Source: Candidatus Enterousia sp. (GTDB lineage Bacteria > Pseudomonadota > Alphaproteobacteria > Rs-D84). Taken from it: 64,000 bases of DNA. The notes beneath the pieces were generated by a model that saw only the letters and a list, made by a program, of their open reading frames with translations, had not been told where the DNA came from and made no database searches. The stretch spans positions 17,137-81,136 of the forward strand of contig JAZQCF010000008.1 of NCBI GenBank assembly GCA_045546075.1. Reading direction: 5' to 3'. Positions 36,215-47,115 of this stretch are shown here, piece by piece; position 1 is the first letter of the stretch, and every line of letters begins with the position of its first letter. Position numbers and translations under genes: made by a program.

Positions 36215-38140
36215 TTATAACTGTGCCGCCAGTGCGGAATATATTGTTCCCAAATCTGTTTTGATTAATGCCGCCGACAGTTTATCGGGGTTATCGGTCT
36301 GTTTCGCCGCCGCCAATATTTTATCGAAACTGCGCACAAATTGTGTCGCCTGGGAACGGAAAACAGAATCAGATTTTAATATATCGCGAATTTTTTTCTT
36401 GTCGGCGGCACGGATAATTTTGGCCATCCATTTTGCAAAGATTGTTTTATCGCCGTCGTGATATTTTTTCCAAACTACATCCGGAATTTCGCCACCCATT
36501 GCGCGGGTTAAATCGATTGTTTGTTCATACATCTTGTCAAATTCGCGTGAACCGGCATTGATAAAATCGCGACTGCTGGCGGCCGGTATTGGTGCGGCGG
36601 TTGCGGTTTTAATTGCATCCATTGGCGCGGCGGCGCGTGCAACCATCATTTGTTTGTTCAATGTCTGCATCGTGTCAACGGCGTGCGCATAGTCCGCCAT
36701 TAAATCAATCATTTGCTGACGCGATGTCCCGGCCAGGTTTTCCAACTTTACCGCCGAATCGGCAACCGCAACGGTTGATTTTTCAACTGTGTCGCGTATC
36801 GCGGCGATTTTTTCATCTAATTCGGATACAATTTTGCCAAGGCCGATTCCTGCGTCCCCCGATTGACGTGCCAGTTCGGGCAGGGCGCTGTAATATTTAT
36901 CAATCAATTCGGACAACGGTTTTAATTGCGCCGTCGTTTCAACAGACATATTGATTAACCCCTGGGATTGCCCGGTCAGTTGTGTGTGTGCCGCGTTCAT
37001 TTCTATCAGTGTTTCGCGCACGCCTGTTGCCATGGATTTTACCGATTCGGAAAATGCGTTTGCGGCGGTCTTGGTGTCCTTTAATGTATCGTTTGCGACA
37101 CCGGACACAGTCTTTAATTCATCAACAACATCGCCGGCGAAATCTTTGATTTCATTTTCAAAATGATTGGTCAACCCGGCCAGCTCACTGGAAATTCCGC
37201 GAACTGCGCTTTCTGTTTCGGTGGCACTGGTCATCAATCCTTCGACCGCATCGGTCAGTTTTTTAATCTGTTTTTCAATGGATGATTCCGATAATAACAC
37301 CTGGGCACCGACAACGTTTGCAGTATTGGTCAGTGTGTTCATTTGTGCGGTTAATTGCTTCTTGCTCTGTTTGCCAAATGTATCCAGTTTTGTCAGGTAT
37401 GTGTTTATAATTTTATTATTCTCGCCCAATGTGTTTTCATAATCTGTGGCAGAATTTTTTATTTGATTAAATCCATCAACACTTGATTGGGTCAAACTGG
37501 CTATCTGGCCTTGAATAGTACTGGATTCTTCGGTCATTTTTTGAAACTGTTCTGTGTTAGATTCGAATGCAGTTTTTAATTGCGCCCCAAGGTTCGTGCT
37601 GGCATCGGTCCATTCGGCAATCTTGGTGTCGATTTGTGCAATTTTATCGGTTGAATCGGTTGTTGTTTCCGTTATTTTTGCCAATGTTTGCGCAACGCTT
37701 TCCGCAAACCGGTCGGTTGCATTGGACACCGCGTCCCACGATTCGGATGTAACAACCTGGCTTAATCCAGAAATTGTGTTATCCATACGGCCCGTCATTT
37801 GGACAACGCGTTGAATTGCGTCGTTTGCCACGGTTACCAATTCTTGGTTGCGTTTTTCTAATTCTTCGCGCAGTTTCTGGGCATCGGCAATTTGATTGTT
37901 CATTGTTGCCTGCATATTTTGAAAGCACGCGGCAATTCTTTTGATTTCATCGGCCATTATTACCTGTAATACACGTGATGCATCTGTAATGCGTGCACGG
38001 TCGGGTTGTGTCATAATGGAAACGACCGATTCCATAACACGTTGGGACCTGCGCGATATGAAAAACAGCATAATCATCGCGATAAATGCCAACCCCATAA
38101 CCGATGCACCAACAATTACAAATATATTATTGAAATCCAT
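36215..38140 (-). CDS. Membrane-anchored long coiled-coil protein (641 aa)
   Basis: N-terminal TM segment, ~450 aa of heptad-like Q/T/E-rich sequence, and a conserved-looking C-terminus VWKKYHDGDKTIF...DLGTIYSALAAQL. Confidence 0.55.
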   Translation of the reverse strand: MDFNNIFVIVGASVMGLAFIAMIMLFFISRRSQRVMESVVSIMTQPDRARITDASRVLQVIMADEIKRIAACFQNMQATMNNQIADAQKLREELEKRNQELVTVANDAIQRVVQMTGRMDNTISGLSQVVTSESWDAVSNATDRFAESVAQTLAKITETTTDSTDKIAQIDTKIAEWTDASTNLGAQLKTAFESNTEQFQKMTEESSTIQGQIASLTQSSVDGFNQIKNSATDYENTLGENNKIINTYLTKLDTFGKQSKKQLTAQMNTLTNTANVVGAQVLLSESSIEKQIKKLTDAVEGLMTSATETESAVRGISSELAGLTNHFENEIKDFAGDVVDELKTVSGVANDTLKDTKTAANAFSESVKSMATGVRETLIEMNAAHTQLTGQSQGLINMSVETTAQLKPLSELIDKYYSALPELARQSGDAGIGLGKIVSELDEKIAAIRDTVEKSTVAVADSAVKLENLAGTSRQQMIDLMADYAHAVDTMQTLNKQMMVARAAAPMDAIKTATAAPIPAASSRDFINAGSREFDKMYEQTIDLTRAMGGEIPDVVWKKYHDGDKTIFAKWMAKIIRAADKKKIRDILKSDSVFRSQATQFVRSFDKILAAAKQTDNPDKLSAALIKTDLGTIYSALAAQL

Positions 38141-38228
38141 TTCCTTTGCCCCCCAAAATAATAACAGATATGTTCTTGCAGTTATTGATACTTTATACTA
38201 GAATTTATAGAACAAAGCAAGGACATAA

Positions 38229-40844
38229 ATGATAAAAAAAGACACGCTTTCACCCGAACAAGAAATTGCCGCCGAACCAACACTGAACGTCTGGGTCCAG
38301 GCGAACGCCGGCACCGGCAAAACCAGTGTTCTAACTGCGCGATTGTTGCGTATTTTGTTTCGTGGTGATGAACCGTGCACCGGAATTTTATGTTTAACAT
38401 ATACAAACGCGGCGGCGGGGGAAATGCGCAACCGAATTTTGGCGGCACTGCGCGAATGGGCAATGTCCCAAGATGATGATTTGCGTGAATTACTGGACGG
38501 GGTTTCAACAAACAACCCGCCAACCGATGCCGATATCGCCCACGCACGCGCGATATTCTTCAAATATATTGATAACCCCGATATGTTAAAGATAAAAACA
38601 ATCCACGGTTTCTGTGAAGAGGTTTTACACCGTTTCCCGACCGAGGCAGGTATATCACCATCTTGGTCCCTGATATCGGATGCACCGCAACGCGTGTTGT
38701 TAAACGATGCCTTAAACGATTTAATAAATTCGCCGAAAAATGATGCCCGCACAGTCAGTGCTTTTAATCATATTGTCGGTGTTATGTCGGAATATAAACT
38801 GGACGATTTATTATCAAATATAGAAGGACAATACAAAAACTTTTTTACAGTGAATAATTTTGATAAATACAGGGAATATTTTATTGATACGATTGAAAAA
38901 AAATTAAAAATCAATGATACAAAAAATATCGAAAAAGATGTTAAAAAATTAAAAATCATACTTGAAAACGCAAAAAATGAAAAAAAGCCGACCAAGACAC
39001 TGGAAAAACTTATTTATTTAACTGAAAAATATATTGATAATACAATAGATTTTCAAGAATATAAATCCGCGTATTTAATCAAGGCCGGAACACCGATTCA
39101 AAAGGGTCTGGATTATGAATATTTGTCTGCTGAACGTGAACGTGTTTTGGCGGCAAACGCATATCAAACAAATAAAGAAATTTATATGTCTACAATCGCA
39201 CTGTTTGATTTGTCGGCGGCGTTTGCAAAAAAATATCAAGAATTAAAACAAATTCACAACGTGTTGGATTTTGAAGATTTAATTTTATATACTCATCGTT
39301 TGTTTTCAAACGCGGAAAATATGGGATGGGTTTTATCACAAATGGATTATTCTTTGTCGCATATCTTGGTGGACGAAGCCCAAGATACCGGTCCGCTGCA
39401 ATGGGAATTATTACAAATGTTGGCGGGTGATTTCTTTGCCGAAGGCGACCGGTCCAATTTGCCGCGTTCATTGTTTGTTGTTGGCGACACCAAGCAATCT
39501 ATTTATGGGTTTCAGGGCGCAGATCCTAAGGCGTTTGCCGCAAGTCGCGAACAAATATCTGCCCAGATTCAAAATAATGCACGCCAAATCCGCGAAGTTC
39601 CATTAACGCAAAGTTTTCGTTCGGTTGAACCGATATTAAAAACCGTTGATGTGTTTTTTGATGATGCGGACGTTGCGGCGCGCACGGGTTTTGTAAATAA
39701 CCCGCATAAATGTTTTCGCATTGGTGACAAGGGTATGGTTGAAATTCATAAATTGATTACACCAAACGAAGAAGATACATCAATTATGCGTAAAAAATAT
39801 ATTCGCGCAATCGGCGACAAAATAGAAGCCTTGTTGCAGGGCGGAAAGTATAAACCGCATGATATTATGATTCTTGTTCAAAATCGCAACCCGTTTGCGG
39901 TGCCAATGGCAAATGAATTAAAACGCCGTGGTATTGATGTCGCCGGCAGTGATCGTGTCGTTCTGCCGAACTTTCCGGTTGTGCGCGACCTGATGAATCT
40001 GTTGCGTTTTTGTGTAAATCCGGTTGATGATTATTCGCTTTGTTGTGTGTTAAAAAGCCCAATGTTCAGGTTAAACGATTCTGCGGTTTATAAAATATGT
40101 GCGTTACGAAATGCGGAAAATTCGCGTCGCAGAAAGGCATCCGCCGAATTTACACCTATAAGTATTTTTGAAATATTGAAAAATACAGATGCAGATATTT
40201 ATTCTGTATTACAAGATTTTGCGGAATTATCAAAAACGTGCGGACCATACAGTTTCTTTACATACGTATTAAACAATTATGATATACGAAAAAAATTCAT
40301 AGAATCTTTGGGAACGCAAATAATCGACCCATTGGAAGAATTTATTACTATATGCCTGGCATACGAACGGACGCGCCCCGGTACATTGCGTCATTTTATA
40401 AAATGGTTTATCACCGGCAACAGCGAGATAAAGCGCGATATGGATTCCGGTGCCGGTGTTCGTATCGTTACCATTCACGGCAGTAAAGGTTTGCAATCAG
40501 GCGTTGTGTTTTTAATAGATACAACATCAATGCCTAAATCACATACGATATATGATTTGCCAGACAAAAATATGCCGGTATGGATTTGGGTGCCACATAC
40601 TCCAACCGGATTTAGTCCAGAATTCGCAGATATTCGCGACGCTGCGTTTAATCAAGACATTGAAGAAAGCTATCGTTTGTTATATGTTGCGATGACCCGT
40701 GCGCGCGATGAATTGTATATTTATGGTTTTACGTCGAACAAATCTGCGCCGGAATTATCGTGGCATAATATGTTGTGGAATACATTGCAGAAAAATATAC
40801 CAGTCTTAAATGATACAATCAGGATTTCTAGTTATGACGAATAA
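38229..40844 (+). CDS. addA: AddA/UvrD-type helicase (helicase part of helicase-nuclease)
   Basis: NAGTGKT (Walker A), DEAQDT, VGDTKQSIYGFQGA, TIHGSKGLQ, YVAMTRAR. Confidence 0.8.
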   Translation: MIKKDTLSPEQEIAAEPTLNVWVQANAGTGKTSVLTARLLRILFRGDEPCTGILCLTYTNAAAGEMRNRILAALREWAMSQDDDLRELLDGVSTNNPPTDADIAHARAIFFKYIDNPDMLKIKTIHGFCEEVLHRFPTEAGISPSWSLISDAPQRVLLNDALNDLINSPKNDARTVSAFNHIVGVMSEYKLDDLLSNIEGQYKNFFTVNNFDKYREYFIDTIEKKLKINDTKNIEKDVKKLKIILENAKNEKKPTKTLEKLIYLTEKYIDNTIDFQEYKSAYLIKAGTPIQKGLDYEYLSAERERVLAANAYQTNKEIYMSTIALFDLSAAFAKKYQELKQIHNVLDFEDLILYTHRLFSNAENMGWVLSQMDYSLSHILVDEAQDTGPLQWELLQMLAGDFFAEGDRSNLPRSLFVVGDTKQSIYGFQGADPKAFAASREQISAQIQNNARQIREVPLTQSFRSVEPILKTVDVFFDDADVAARTGFVNNPHKCFRIGDKGMVEIHKLITPNEEDTSIMRKKYIRAIGDKIEALLQGGKYKPHDIMILVQNRNPFAVPMANELKRRGIDVAGSDRVVLPNFPVVRDLMNLLRFCVNPVDDYSLCCVLKSPMFRLNDSAVYKICALRNAENSRRRKASAEFTPISIFEILKNTDADIYSVLQDFAELSKTCGPYSFFTYVLNNYDIRKKFIESLGTQIIDPLEEFITICLAYERTRPGTLRHFIKWFITGNSEIKRDMDSGAGVRIVTIHGSKGLQSGVVFLIDTTSMPKSHTIYDLPDKNMPVWIWVPHTPTGFSPEFADIRDAAFNQDIEESYRLLYVAMTRARDELYIYGFTSNKSAPELSWHNMLWNTLQKNIPVLNDTIRISSYDE

Positions 40845-41280
40845 ATTAAACGATTTAATAAACACAAATTCACACCGGGAATATGCAACCACAACCGGGC
40901 GCACAATGCACGCACAAATGCAGCACGTGTTTTACACCGGCAACGGATGGGTTGGGGCAGACGATGTTATAAAACACATTTCCACAATCCCAGAATTGCG
41001 TGAATATATGGGTCCATTGTCGCGTACCGAGGTTCCTGTTGCGGGGACGATAAATGGAAAATTTATAAGTCGTCGCATAGACAGATTATATGTGAACACG
41101 GATACAAAAAAAGTTGTGATTTTGGATTATAAAACCGACATAAATAAAAAAGTGTTTTTTGAAAAATATCGCGCACAATTAAAAGAATATCGTGAATTGT
41201 TAAAGCAAATTTATAAAGGGTTTGATGTAACCTGTATGATACTGTGGTTAAATGATTTTACACTGGAAAACATAATATAA
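40834..41280 (+). CDS. PD-(D/E)xK nuclease domain protein (detached AddA C-terminal nuclease)
   Basis: RIDRLYV...VVILDYKTD nuclease motif. The ATG lies 11 nt before the addA stop, in the +1 frame. Confidence 0.65.
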   Translation: MTNKLNDLINTNSHREYATTTGRTMHAQMQHVFYTGNGWVGADDVIKHISTIPELREYMGPLSRTEVPVAGTINGKFISRRIDRLYVNTDTKKVVILDYKTDINKKVFFEKYRAQLKEYRELLKQIYKGFDVTCMILWLNDFTLENII

Positions 41281-41297
41281 ATGGGTATAATACGGTT

Positions 41298-42947
41298 ATG
41301 TTAACAAGCCTGAACATTTCTAATATCGTATTGATTGATAAACTGAATCTTGAATTCGGGACGGGATTAAACGTTTTAACCGGTGAAACGGGCGCGGGTA
41401 AAAGTATATTATTGGACGCGCTTGCACTTGCATTGGGCGCACGTTCAGATGTGGGGCTTGTGCGGCACGGCACAGATTTGGCATCGGTTGTGGCAGAATT
41501 TGACACGGCAAATGATAAAATATACGCAATTATGGACGATGCGGGCATTGAACGCGACAGCAATATCATATTGCGACGCACACTTGGGGCGGATGGCAAG
41601 AGTCGCGCGTGGGTCAATGATACGCCGGTGTCAATCAAGACACTTAAATCCATTGGTGACGAATTGGTGTCCGTGCACGGTCAATTCGCAAATCATACAT
41701 TGTTAAACCAGGCGACACATCTTGGGACGCTGGATGATTTTGCCATTAAAAATGATAATAATTTTAATGAATTATTAAATGACATTCATACGATATATCA
41801 CGAATATCATACATTGACACAACGGTTAAAAGAAACCGAAGATTTTATTGCGCGCAACGCGACGGAACAAGAGTACCTTGAACACAATGTTGCGGAATTG
41901 CGCGCATTAAATGTTCGTCCGGGCGAAGAAGAAGAATTGGCAACGCGCCGTGCCGATATGATAAATGCTGAAAAAAACGCGGCAATATTGACCGATGCGG
42001 TAAATGCGATTGGTGCGGGTGGAAATACACTTGATGCCCAGATATTTGCGGTTGCGCATATTTTGGAACGTATAAAAACCGAACCAAATCCATTTGCAGA
42101 ACAGATAGATGCTCTTTATAACGCGGCGGAAATTGTCGCAAATGTCGCGGGCACAATTTCACCGGACGAAATTGACACAGACACGGTCGATTCAATCGAA
42201 GAACGTTTATTTGCTATACGTGCGGCGGCGCGCAAACACCACGTTGCGGCGGATGAATTGCCGGAAAAATTGGCCCAAATGGAATCCCAATTAAATACTA
42301 TAAATAACAGTGATACCGAATTAAAGAAATTGCGCGATGCGGTTAATGTGGCGCGTAAAAAATATGATGTTTGTGCGGCGAAATTGGCCGATGCGCGCCG
42401 GGCGGCGGCGGCGAATATGCGCGAACGCATTTTGCATGAATTACCAGATTTGAAATTGGCAAATGCGGACTTTATGGTTGAATTTTCGCAAATTGCGCCA
42501 TCTGCGTCCGGTACAGACGACGTAACATTTATGATAAAAACAAACCCGGGTATGCCGTTTGCACCATTACACAAATCGGCATCTGGGGGCGAATTGGCAC
42601 GTTTAATGTTGGCAATGCGCGTGGTGTTGGTATCTGGTAACGCGACACATACATTTGTGTTTGATGAAATTGATACGGGAATAAGTGGTGCCACCGCATC
42701 GGCGGTAGGCCAACGATTAAATCGCCTGGCCCGTGGGGCCCAGGCATTGGTTATAACCCATTCGGCCCAGGTTGCAGGATATGCAGACAAACACTTTAAG
42801 ATTGAAAAGACATCCAGTGGCGAAATTACAACCACAAATGTTTATGAAATAACGGGCGAAGAACGGTTAAATGAAATCGCGCGAATAATCAGCGGTGCGG
42901 AAATAACCCCCGAATCATTGGCCACCGCCAAGACATTGATGAAATAA
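41298..42947 (+). CDS. recN: DNA repair protein RecN
   Basis: NVLTGETGAGKSILLDAL, C-terminal ASGGELARLMLA and FDEIDTGISG. Confidence 0.9.
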   Translation: MLTSLNISNIVLIDKLNLEFGTGLNVLTGETGAGKSILLDALALALGARSDVGLVRHGTDLASVVAEFDTANDKIYAIMDDAGIERDSNIILRRTLGADGKSRAWVNDTPVSIKTLKSIGDELVSVHGQFANHTLLNQATHLGTLDDFAIKNDNNFNELLNDIHTIYHEYHTLTQRLKETEDFIARNATEQEYLEHNVAELRALNVRPGEEEELATRRADMINAEKNAAILTDAVNAIGAGGNTLDAQIFAVAHILERIKTEPNPFAEQIDALYNAAEIVANVAGTISPDEIDTDTVDSIEERLFAIRAAARKHHVAADELPEKLAQMESQLNTINNSDTELKKLRDAVNVARKKYDVCAAKLADARRAAAANMRERILHELPDLKLANADFMVEFSQIAPSASGTDDVTFMIKTNPGMPFAPLHKSASGGELARLMLAMRVVLVSGNATHTFVFDEIDTGISGATASAVGQRLNRLARGAQALVITHSAQVAGYADKHFKIEKTSSGEITTTNVYEITGEERLNEIARIISGAEITPESLATAKTLMK

Positions 42948-43142
42948 AAATCGCCCATTTGGGCGTGTTAATTTAATTCATAATCGTGTATTTTTGCCCA
43001 ATAACCCGTATAAATCATTTTATTGCTCGTGTGTCTTTGAATTGTGATTAAATTGTTGTATCAAATGACGTAATTTTATCGCTCGATATATTTCTAGTAT
43101 ATCAGCTGCGACTGGACGCAGGAAAAACATTTATAAATCCTT

Positions 43143-43168
43143 GATATAAAACACTAAAATTTTAGTGT
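43143..43168 (-). terminator. Terminator of xseA
   Basis: Palindrome ACACTAAAATTTTAGTGT followed by TTTATAT on the minus strand. Confidence 0.5.
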
Positions 43169-43190
43169 AAAAAAACATAAAGACAATTTA

Positions 43191-44426
43191 TTATATGCTT
43201 TTAATTCCGTCTGCAAATTCAATGCTGGCGATTGGGTGTGGGGCATCGACGCTTGATATAATTGCACCATTCGCCGCGCGTGCAATCGCGTATCCGCGCG
43301 CCAAAACATTTTTATAGCCCAATGAATTCAGCATCTGTGCGCTGTGTTCAATTCCACGTTTTATATTTGCCATTTTGTTATTCAATATATCCGGCATCCG
43401 TGCAACAATGTCCATTTTACGACGTGCGTCTGTCATTTTTGCGTTTATAATTATCCCCAATGTGCGCGTAATATCATCCAATCGTTGCGCGCGTTCCATA
43501 ACCATTTGTCGCGGGCTTTTAATGTTTATGTTTTCAACGCGCGTACGGGCATTTGTAATACGTGTTGTAAAGTTTGATGATAAACGATGCCACAGATTAT
43601 CAATTTCTTGGACAAGTGATATTTTTGTTGGAACGACTGCCTCGGCTGCGCCGGTTGGGGTTGGTGCCCGGTGGTCCGCCGCAAAATCAACCAACATCCA
43701 ATCCGGTTCATGTCCAACACCGGTTATAACGGGGATTTCACTGTTTGCGACGGCGCGCACGACAATTTCTTCGGAAAACGGCAACAGGTCTTCCAGCGAA
43801 CCACCCCCACGCGCAACAATTATAACATCAACATTTTTTGCGCGGTTAAAGTATTCCACACCGGCGGCAACTTCGGTCGCCGCGGTTTGTCCCTGAACAG
43901 TGGCAGGGTACAAAATTACACGTACCGGAAATCGTTCGCGTAAACGGTTTTGAATATCTTGGAATGCCGCACCGGTTGGACTTGTCACTACGCCGATTGT
44001 TGTTGGCAGTTTTGGTAATGGCTTCTTGCGCGATGCATCAAACAAACCTTCCGCCGCCAATTTTTGCTTGCGTTCTTCCAGCATTTTAAGAATCGCGCCA
44101 ACACCCGCCATTTCAATACTTGCGGCAACAATTTGATAATTACTGCGCGCCGGATATGTGGTAAGCCGACCGGTAATAACAACCTCCATCCCATCACTTA
44201 ACGCGAAATTTATCGGTGTTCCGCGCCATATAATCACAGACATTGCCGCACCAGAATCTTTGATTGTCATATACATATGTCCCGATGTTGCGCGGGTAAT
44301 TTGGGACAATTCACCGCGAATCTTGATAACCGGGAATGCGGTTTCAACAACATTTTTAAGCAATGCCGACGCGTCGGTCACAGAAAAAATCATATCAGGT
44401 TTTACAAATGGTTCTGGTTTCTGCAT
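43191..44426 (-). CDS. xseA: Exodeoxyribonuclease VII large subunit
   Basis: Length and motifs IRGELSQ (OB fold), VVTSPTGAA, IIVARGGGSLEDL. Confidence 0.88.
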   Translation of the reverse strand: MQKPEPFVKPDMIFSVTDASALLKNVVETAFPVIKIRGELSQITRATSGHMYMTIKDSGAAMSVIIWRGTPINFALSDGMEVVITGRLTTYPARSNYQIVAASIEMAGVGAILKMLEERKQKLAAEGLFDASRKKPLPKLPTTIGVVTSPTGAAFQDIQNRLRERFPVRVILYPATVQGQTAATEVAAGVEYFNRAKNVDVIIVARGGGSLEDLLPFSEEIVVRAVANSEIPVITGVGHEPDWMLVDFAADHRAPTPTGAAEAVVPTKISLVQEIDNLWHRLSSNFTTRITNARTRVENINIKSPRQMVMERAQRLDDITRTLGIIINAKMTDARRKMDIVARMPDILNNKMANIKRGIEHSAQMLNSLGYKNVLARGYAIARAANGAIISSVDAPHPIASIEFADGIKSI

Positions 44427-44436
44427 AACACATACC

Positions 44437-45549
44437 TTATAATTCGGTCAGCGGCCAACGTGGACGTGGTGCAACCGGTTCACGCACGACATTACCAATT
44501 TTGTAATTTTCCAATCCCGCCCAGGCAATCATCGCACCGTTGTCGGTGCAAAGACTCATTGGTGGGGCGGCAAAAATCATATTGTGTTCGTGTGCCAAAT
44601 TTTCCATCGCCGCGCGTATCGCGCTGTTTTTCGCAACACCACCCGCAACCACCAAAGTTTTAGGTTTCGTGTTTAATACGACATCTGTCTTCATTGCGTG
44701 CCCAAGACGGTTTATAATACAATCCACAACCGCCGCCTGGAACGATGCACAGAAATCATTTATAAATTCATCATTATACGGCGCATCTGTGCGCGATAAA
44801 AATGTTCGTGCGGCGGTTTTAATACCACTGAATGAAAAATCACACCCCGGTTTGTCACATAATGGACGCGGAAAATCAAACGCACGCGGATTCCCCAATG
44901 CGGCACGCCGGTCAACAATCGGTCCGCCCGGATACCCCAGTCCCAGCATTTTTGAAACTTTATCGAATGCTTCACCGGCACTGTCGTCCAACGTCTGTCC
45001 AATCAGGTCATATTTACTAACGCCACGCACCAACAAAATCTGGCAATGGCCACCCGATGCCAGCATCAGCAAATATGGAAATTCGACCGTAACCGGGGCC
45101 GCCGAATTGTCCGCCGTTGCCGCGGCAAGGCGCGGAACCAATGCGTGACCTTCCAAATGATTAACGGCAACCAGTGGTTTGCCGGTTGATTGCGCGATAC
45201 CCGTTGCCGCCATCCAACCAACCAAAACACCGCCAATAAGGCCCGGGCCCGCCGTTGCCGCAATAACATCAATATCATCAATCGTCATATTTGCACGATT
45301 CAGTGTTTCGCGAATAACCGTATCAATCGCCAATATATGTGCGCGCGCCGCCAATTCGGGAACAACGCCACCATATTGTTGATGTTCTGGAATTTGCGAA
45401 TAAATAATATGTGCCAATATGTTTTTATTTGAATCGACTATTGCGGCACTGGTTTCATCGCACGAAGATTCAATTCCCAAACAAACGGTGCCGCGTGCCG
45501 CCGCACCCGATGCACCCATATCCATATGAATAATTTTTTCGTCTGTCAT
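44437..45549 (-). CDS. tsaD: tRNA N6-adenosine threonylcarbamoyltransferase
   Basis: CLGIESSCDETSAAIV, HLEGH, GGVAKN. Confidence 0.9.
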   Translation of the reverse strand: MTDEKIIHMDMGASGAAARGTVCLGIESSCDETSAAIVDSNKNILAHIIYSQIPEHQQYGGVVPELAARAHILAIDTVIRETLNRANMTIDDIDVIAATAGPGLIGGVLVGWMAATGIAQSTGKPLVAVNHLEGHALVPRLAAATADNSAAPVTVEFPYLLMLASGGHCQILLVRGVSKYDLIGQTLDDSAGEAFDKVSKMLGLGYPGGPIVDRRAALGNPRAFDFPRPLCDKPGCDFSFSGIKTAARTFLSRTDAPYNDEFINDFCASFQAAVVDCIINRLGHAMKTDVVLNTKPKTLVVAGGVAKNSAIRAAMENLAHEHNMIFAAPPMSLCTDNGAMIAWAGLENYKIGNVVREPVAPRPRWPLTEL

Positions 45550-46241
45550 TTTTTTATTTCCAACAACATTATACCCAAATTATTTTTATTTTCTATCATT
45601 TGGTGTGCATATTCAAGAAAATTCACATCAATCACACGACCACGTCGGCGTGATGCGTGCCGCAAACGTCCATCTGGCATAAGTAAACCCATATGTCGCA
45701 CCGCTAAATCTGTGCCAATTTTATTTTTAATGCCGCCATCACCGCGCACAAACAGGACCACCATTGGACGACGGTCAATCACAATATCCTGCACACGGGA
45801 ATAGGGTATATATTCCAAAATCACAGTTTGTGTTGCAAAGTCTGTGTCAATATTATGGTTTTTCTTGAACCAACTTTTTTTGTCTATTGTAACGGTGCGA
45901 GTGTTGGTGGGGGCATATTTTGCCGAAACATTTTTAACCACCCCGGAATTGTTTTTTATCCAGTCTGTTTCAATAAAATGATTTCTATTTATAAAATCAA
46001 TTTGGCCATTTTTATATCGTATTTGATTCAGTTTTTCTTTGTTTCCATCCGCCAATACGGTTTCCACAAACGTCACACAATCGAACGCATCAAAACGTAT
46101 CAATGGGTCCGCGTCAATTCCAAATTCTTCGCCCAACGGGTCATTTACATATCGGGTGCCCAAATATTCATCGCCAATAAAATATTGATTGTTTTGATAC
46201 GCACATCCCGCCAGTAAAAGCCCCAGCAACACACGCCACAT
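45546..46241 (-). CDS. Lipoprotein, DUF1460-like
   Basis: Lipobox LLLAGC. FDAFDCVTFVETVLA resembles DUF1460 (from memory). Confidence 0.5.
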   Translation of the reverse strand: MWRVLLGLLLAGCAYQNNQYFIGDEYLGTRYVNDPLGEEFGIDADPLIRFDAFDCVTFVETVLADGNKEKLNQIRYKNGQIDFINRNHFIETDWIKNNSGVVKNVSAKYAPTNTRTVTIDKKSWFKKNHNIDTDFATQTVILEYIPYSRVQDIVIDRRPMVVLFVRGDGGIKNKIGTDLAVRHMGLLMPDGRLRHASRRRGRVIDVNFLEYAHQMIENKNNLGIMLLEIKK

Positions 46242-46546
46242 TAGATATTTTCTTTCAGTTGCATACCCATAAAACAGAGTTCTGTTGCGTCACGCACACT
46301 CATATCACCAGAATCCGGCAGTGTCGCCATTTTATCAACACACCGCACCAATATATCAACGTTATCATCGTTTGCGCGCAGTATCTTGACCGCGGACATC
46401 CTGCGTTCAACGGATGCCGCACGCCAATCCTTTAATGTTCCCGATTCCAACGCGGTTGTTTTTTGCGCCCGTATAAAAATAGAAACGGCGAACAATAATG
46501 CAAAAATACCTATGATAAATACCGATATCTTCTTTAATGTTTTCAT
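46241..46546 (-). CDS. Hypothetical membrane-anchored protein (101 aa)
   Basis: N-terminal TM segment; start and stop coupled to neighbouring genes. Confidence 0.45.
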   Translation of the reverse strand: MKTLKKISVFIIGIFALLFAVSIFIRAQKTTALESGTLKDWRAASVERRMSAVKILRANDDNVDILVRCVDKMATLPDSGDMSVRDATELCFMGMQLKENI

Positions 46547-46565
46547 ATTTACACCCCCCTAATAT

Positions 46566-46928
46566 TTATTCGCATCGCACCAACCATGCGTCATAGTCCG
46601 GATTTTGAACCGGATTTTTCCCGGGGTTGTTACGATTCATCCAATTTCCATAAATTTTGGTATCGCCTGATTCTGTGATTTCCACAAACGCATAGAAATT
46701 TTCCGCCTTAAATGGGTCACTTTGTTTACATGCCCGCGCAGTTATATTCAGTTTTTCGAATTGCACACTTTGACCAACGGGAATACTTACGGTCTGGGTT
46801 TTGCCGGCGGCCTTGTTCATAACCTGGATAACCGCAGTGTTGCGATTAGTGTACGCGTTCGCGCCTGTCGCAAAAACCGCACAACAAAGTGAAATTAAAA
46901 AAAATCTTGAAATTTTTATCATACGCAA
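46566..46928 (-). CDS. DUF2155-like secreted protein
   Basis: Signal peptide, VIQVMNKAAGKTQTVSIPVGQSVQFEKLNITARAC...; family assignment from memory. Confidence 0.55.
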   Translation of the reverse strand: MRMIKISRFFLISLCCAVFATGANAYTNRNTAVIQVMNKAAGKTQTVSIPVGQSVQFEKLNITARACKQSDPFKAENFYAFVEITESGDTKIYGNWMNRNNPGKNPVQNPDYDAWLVRCE

Positions 46929-46985
46929 ATACTACCGCCATATTAAATCTATGTCAAATTGAAATTTTTACCAACAACAATATAC

Positions 46986-47115
46986 AAAAAATCCCCGCGT
47001 TTGCGGGGATTTTGAAATAGGCAAAAATTATTTTGCTTCTTTTGCGACCTTTTCGTTCGCGGTTGCGGACAAATCTTCCACAATACGTGCCTTTTTACCG
47101 GACAGTTTGCGCAAA
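46986..47115. repeat. 130-bp direct repeat A (rplS 3' end plus terminator)
   Basis: About 95% identical (6 mismatches) to 48466-48595, at an offset of 1480 bp. Confidence 0.9.
47028..47115 (-). pseudogene. Displaced 3' fragment of rplS
   Basis: Encodes ...[28 protein letters not shown], matching the rplS C-terminus (48508-) but with no upstream gene body. Confidence 0.85.
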
